DNA of 64,000 nucleotides from Octopus sinensis (lineage: Eukaryota): assembly GCF_006345805.1 (NCBI RefSeq), contig NC_043026.1, positions 4,960,001 to 5,024,000 of the forward strand. The letters are read 5' to 3'. Shown here piece after piece: positions 62,507 to 64,000 of the stretch (its first letter is position 1; every line of letters begins with the position of its first letter). Under the pieces are notes generated by a model, which saw only the letters and a list, made by a program, of their open reading frames with translations, was not told the origin of the DNA and did no database searches. The position numbers and the translations under genes were made by a program.

Positions 62507-62614
62507 CTCTGAAGAGGCCGTGGGGCATCCTTGTTAATGCCTCATTTATACCTGCCTTTATGGCTTATAGGTTAAATGAGGTATGACTGTCCTCACTGCC
62601 GAAACAGCTGTCAG
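62507..62614 (+). ncRNA. Type I minimal hammerhead ribozyme with canonical core and 85-nt helix II; predicted GUC cleavage after 62612
   Basis: CTGAAGA at 62509-62515; GGCCGTGGGGCA/TGTCCTCACTGCC outer and ATGCCTCATTTA/TAAATGAGGTAT inner pairing; GAAA at 62601-62604; palindromic ACAGCTGT then C. Helix I is weak (CT/AG). Confidence 0.8.
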
Positions 62615-63074
62615 TTTTGATTTATTTGCATATTATATTTGAAAAAAATTTTTTACTTATATCTCTTTATCTTTTTACTATTACTGTATATCTCATTTCA
62701 TTTTATGTATTGCCTTTACTCATATGTAATGGTGTATTAAAGTATGGATTGAGTATCATCGGATAGTTGATGTTTTACTGATTTAAGTATATTTCTCCAT
62801 TCTCTAATTTTGTAGTATTAATTTACGGTAATATTATTACCTTTACCCATATAATGCAATAGATGAACTGATTGTTTGACAATTGTTAACATCTATGTAT
62901 TAAATTTGTTGGGTACCTATCTAGCAGTATATTGGATATATATTATCCCATGGTGGGTTGAATTTTCAACCCCTATCTCATTTTATAACATACATACATA
63001 TATATATATATAGATAGATTCCGTGTATGTATCTCTCTATGTGTATATATATATATTCATACTCATCCGATTAT

Positions 63075-63148
<74 letters not shown>

Positions 63149-63169
63149 TATACATATATATACATCTAT

Positions 63170-63835
63170 ACATACATTTACCCGCCTACGTACACATTAA
63201 ATACATACATATATATTCACACGCGTTCCGTCCAAATGGAAATTTTCTTTTTCACGTCCAAATTAATTATAATTCCTAATTAATGACTTAATTGTGAGAC
63301 CTTTAATGTCATTTAATATTATTTAATTCATAAAAATGCTGACAATGTCTCTTTGATTTAAATAAATAATTTAGACTCGGATTTCCCGCCTTTTCCCCCA
63401 CGTTTTTGTCATTCAAATTAGCGTTGCTAAGCGACAAATAGAAACAATTGAACGGGAAGCGGCAGAAGTTATAGAGAGACTCCAGACTGGGCGGTTTGTG
63501 CGATACCAGACCCGAAATATCACCAGACACCCTTAAGCATGGGTGGTCACAAATGGACTTACCCGTCGTCTTCCCTACGAGGTATGCTAATGTGTGTGCA
63601 AGAAGGCTACGTATAATAATGAATAATTGTATTCCTATATAAATGTATCGCCAATCCTATACAATAGAGTCGGAAATTATCCAATACCTCAAATATTCCA
63701 ACATTTTTTGATATTTCTTTTTTAAACTTGTACATATAAATGAATAAATGTATACACAAACACATATAATATATATATACACAAACACATATAATATATA
63801 TATACACACCTACATTTCTACAGTTATATATATAT
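63170..63835 (-). repeat. Inverted, more diverged third copy of part of the 2.9 kb unit (matches ~31600-32330)
   Basis: ORF-track 63607(-) shares YKFKKEISK.VGIFEVLDNFRLYCIGL with 31641(+); it retains the 39-bp segment lost in unit 2. Related sequence also lies at ~57900-58020, so the Penelope element sits inside this copy. Confidence 0.88.
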
Positions 63836-64000
63836 ATATATATATATGGCGAAGTTTCGTATGTCGTAGATCAGATTTCCGTCGATTTCCGTAAAAAACT
63901 TTTATTTTTTTACATAAGTAATGAGAGCGAAAGAGACTAAGAGGAAGCGATTTTACGACGAGAAGGTTTCACTTTGAAATCGGCCTGTGTGCGTTTGATG

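Larger units (their letters stand above)
58021..62985 (+). mobile_element. Penelope-like retroelement, 5'-truncated, with a long AT-rich 3' region and terminal pseudo-LTR
   Basis: The ORF starts mid-protein with no 5' repeat; a hammerhead lies at 62.5 kb; the 3' end GGGTTG-AATTTT-CAACCCCTATCTCA is shared with the 43.6 kb arm. Confidence 0.9.

Noticed and set aside
62516-62600. Possible SECIS element in the long helix II (selenoprotein-type Penelope)
   Set aside because: No in-frame TGA in the ORF, and no 5' AUGA / 3' GA quartet in the right geometry.
57936-63060. Similar flanks (GATAGATTCCGT...TTCATAC) either side of the Penelope element as a target-site duplication
   Set aside because: Too diverged for an element with an intact ORF; more likely a pre-existing local repeat.
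5900-63830. Many ORFs rich in Y/I/C/V/H/T or S/L
   Set aside because: Translations of (TA)n, (CA)n, (TCTA)n and (GA)n microsatellites.
63847-64000. CpG-containing segment at the window end
   Set aside because: Too short and truncated to classify.

Overview
Repeat-rich animal DNA, most likely a coleoid cephalopod such as Octopus. This is inferred from the GC-rich 18S expansion segments, tRNA-derived SINE families, RTE/CR1 LINEs and dense (TA)n/(CA)n tracts. The window opens inside an 18S rRNA gene that breaks off in ITS1. The main host locus is a ~5.6 kb intron-free coding block (24025-29616, +). It is split by four shifts located in or next to homopolymer runs. Reassembled, it gives ~1860 aa with six tandem NHL-like/beta-propeller modules. 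Around it are duplicated candidate 5' exons (~9 kb and ~17.6 kb), a near-identical 2.9 kb tandem duplication with an RFX X-box/E2F-type island, and a decayed paralog (36.5-39.1 kb). The right half is mostly retroelements: PHD-bearing RTE copies, a CR1-type LINE split by a solo LTR, a near full-length BovB-like RTE, and a Penelope-like element (RT + C-terminal GIY-YIG). That element has a hammerhead ribozyme motif, and further hammerhead motifs occur in an inverted pseudo-LTR mini-element. A 100-N gap at 57522-57621 limits conclusions about synteny across it. All alignments and pairings were done by eye; no searches or folding programs were run.
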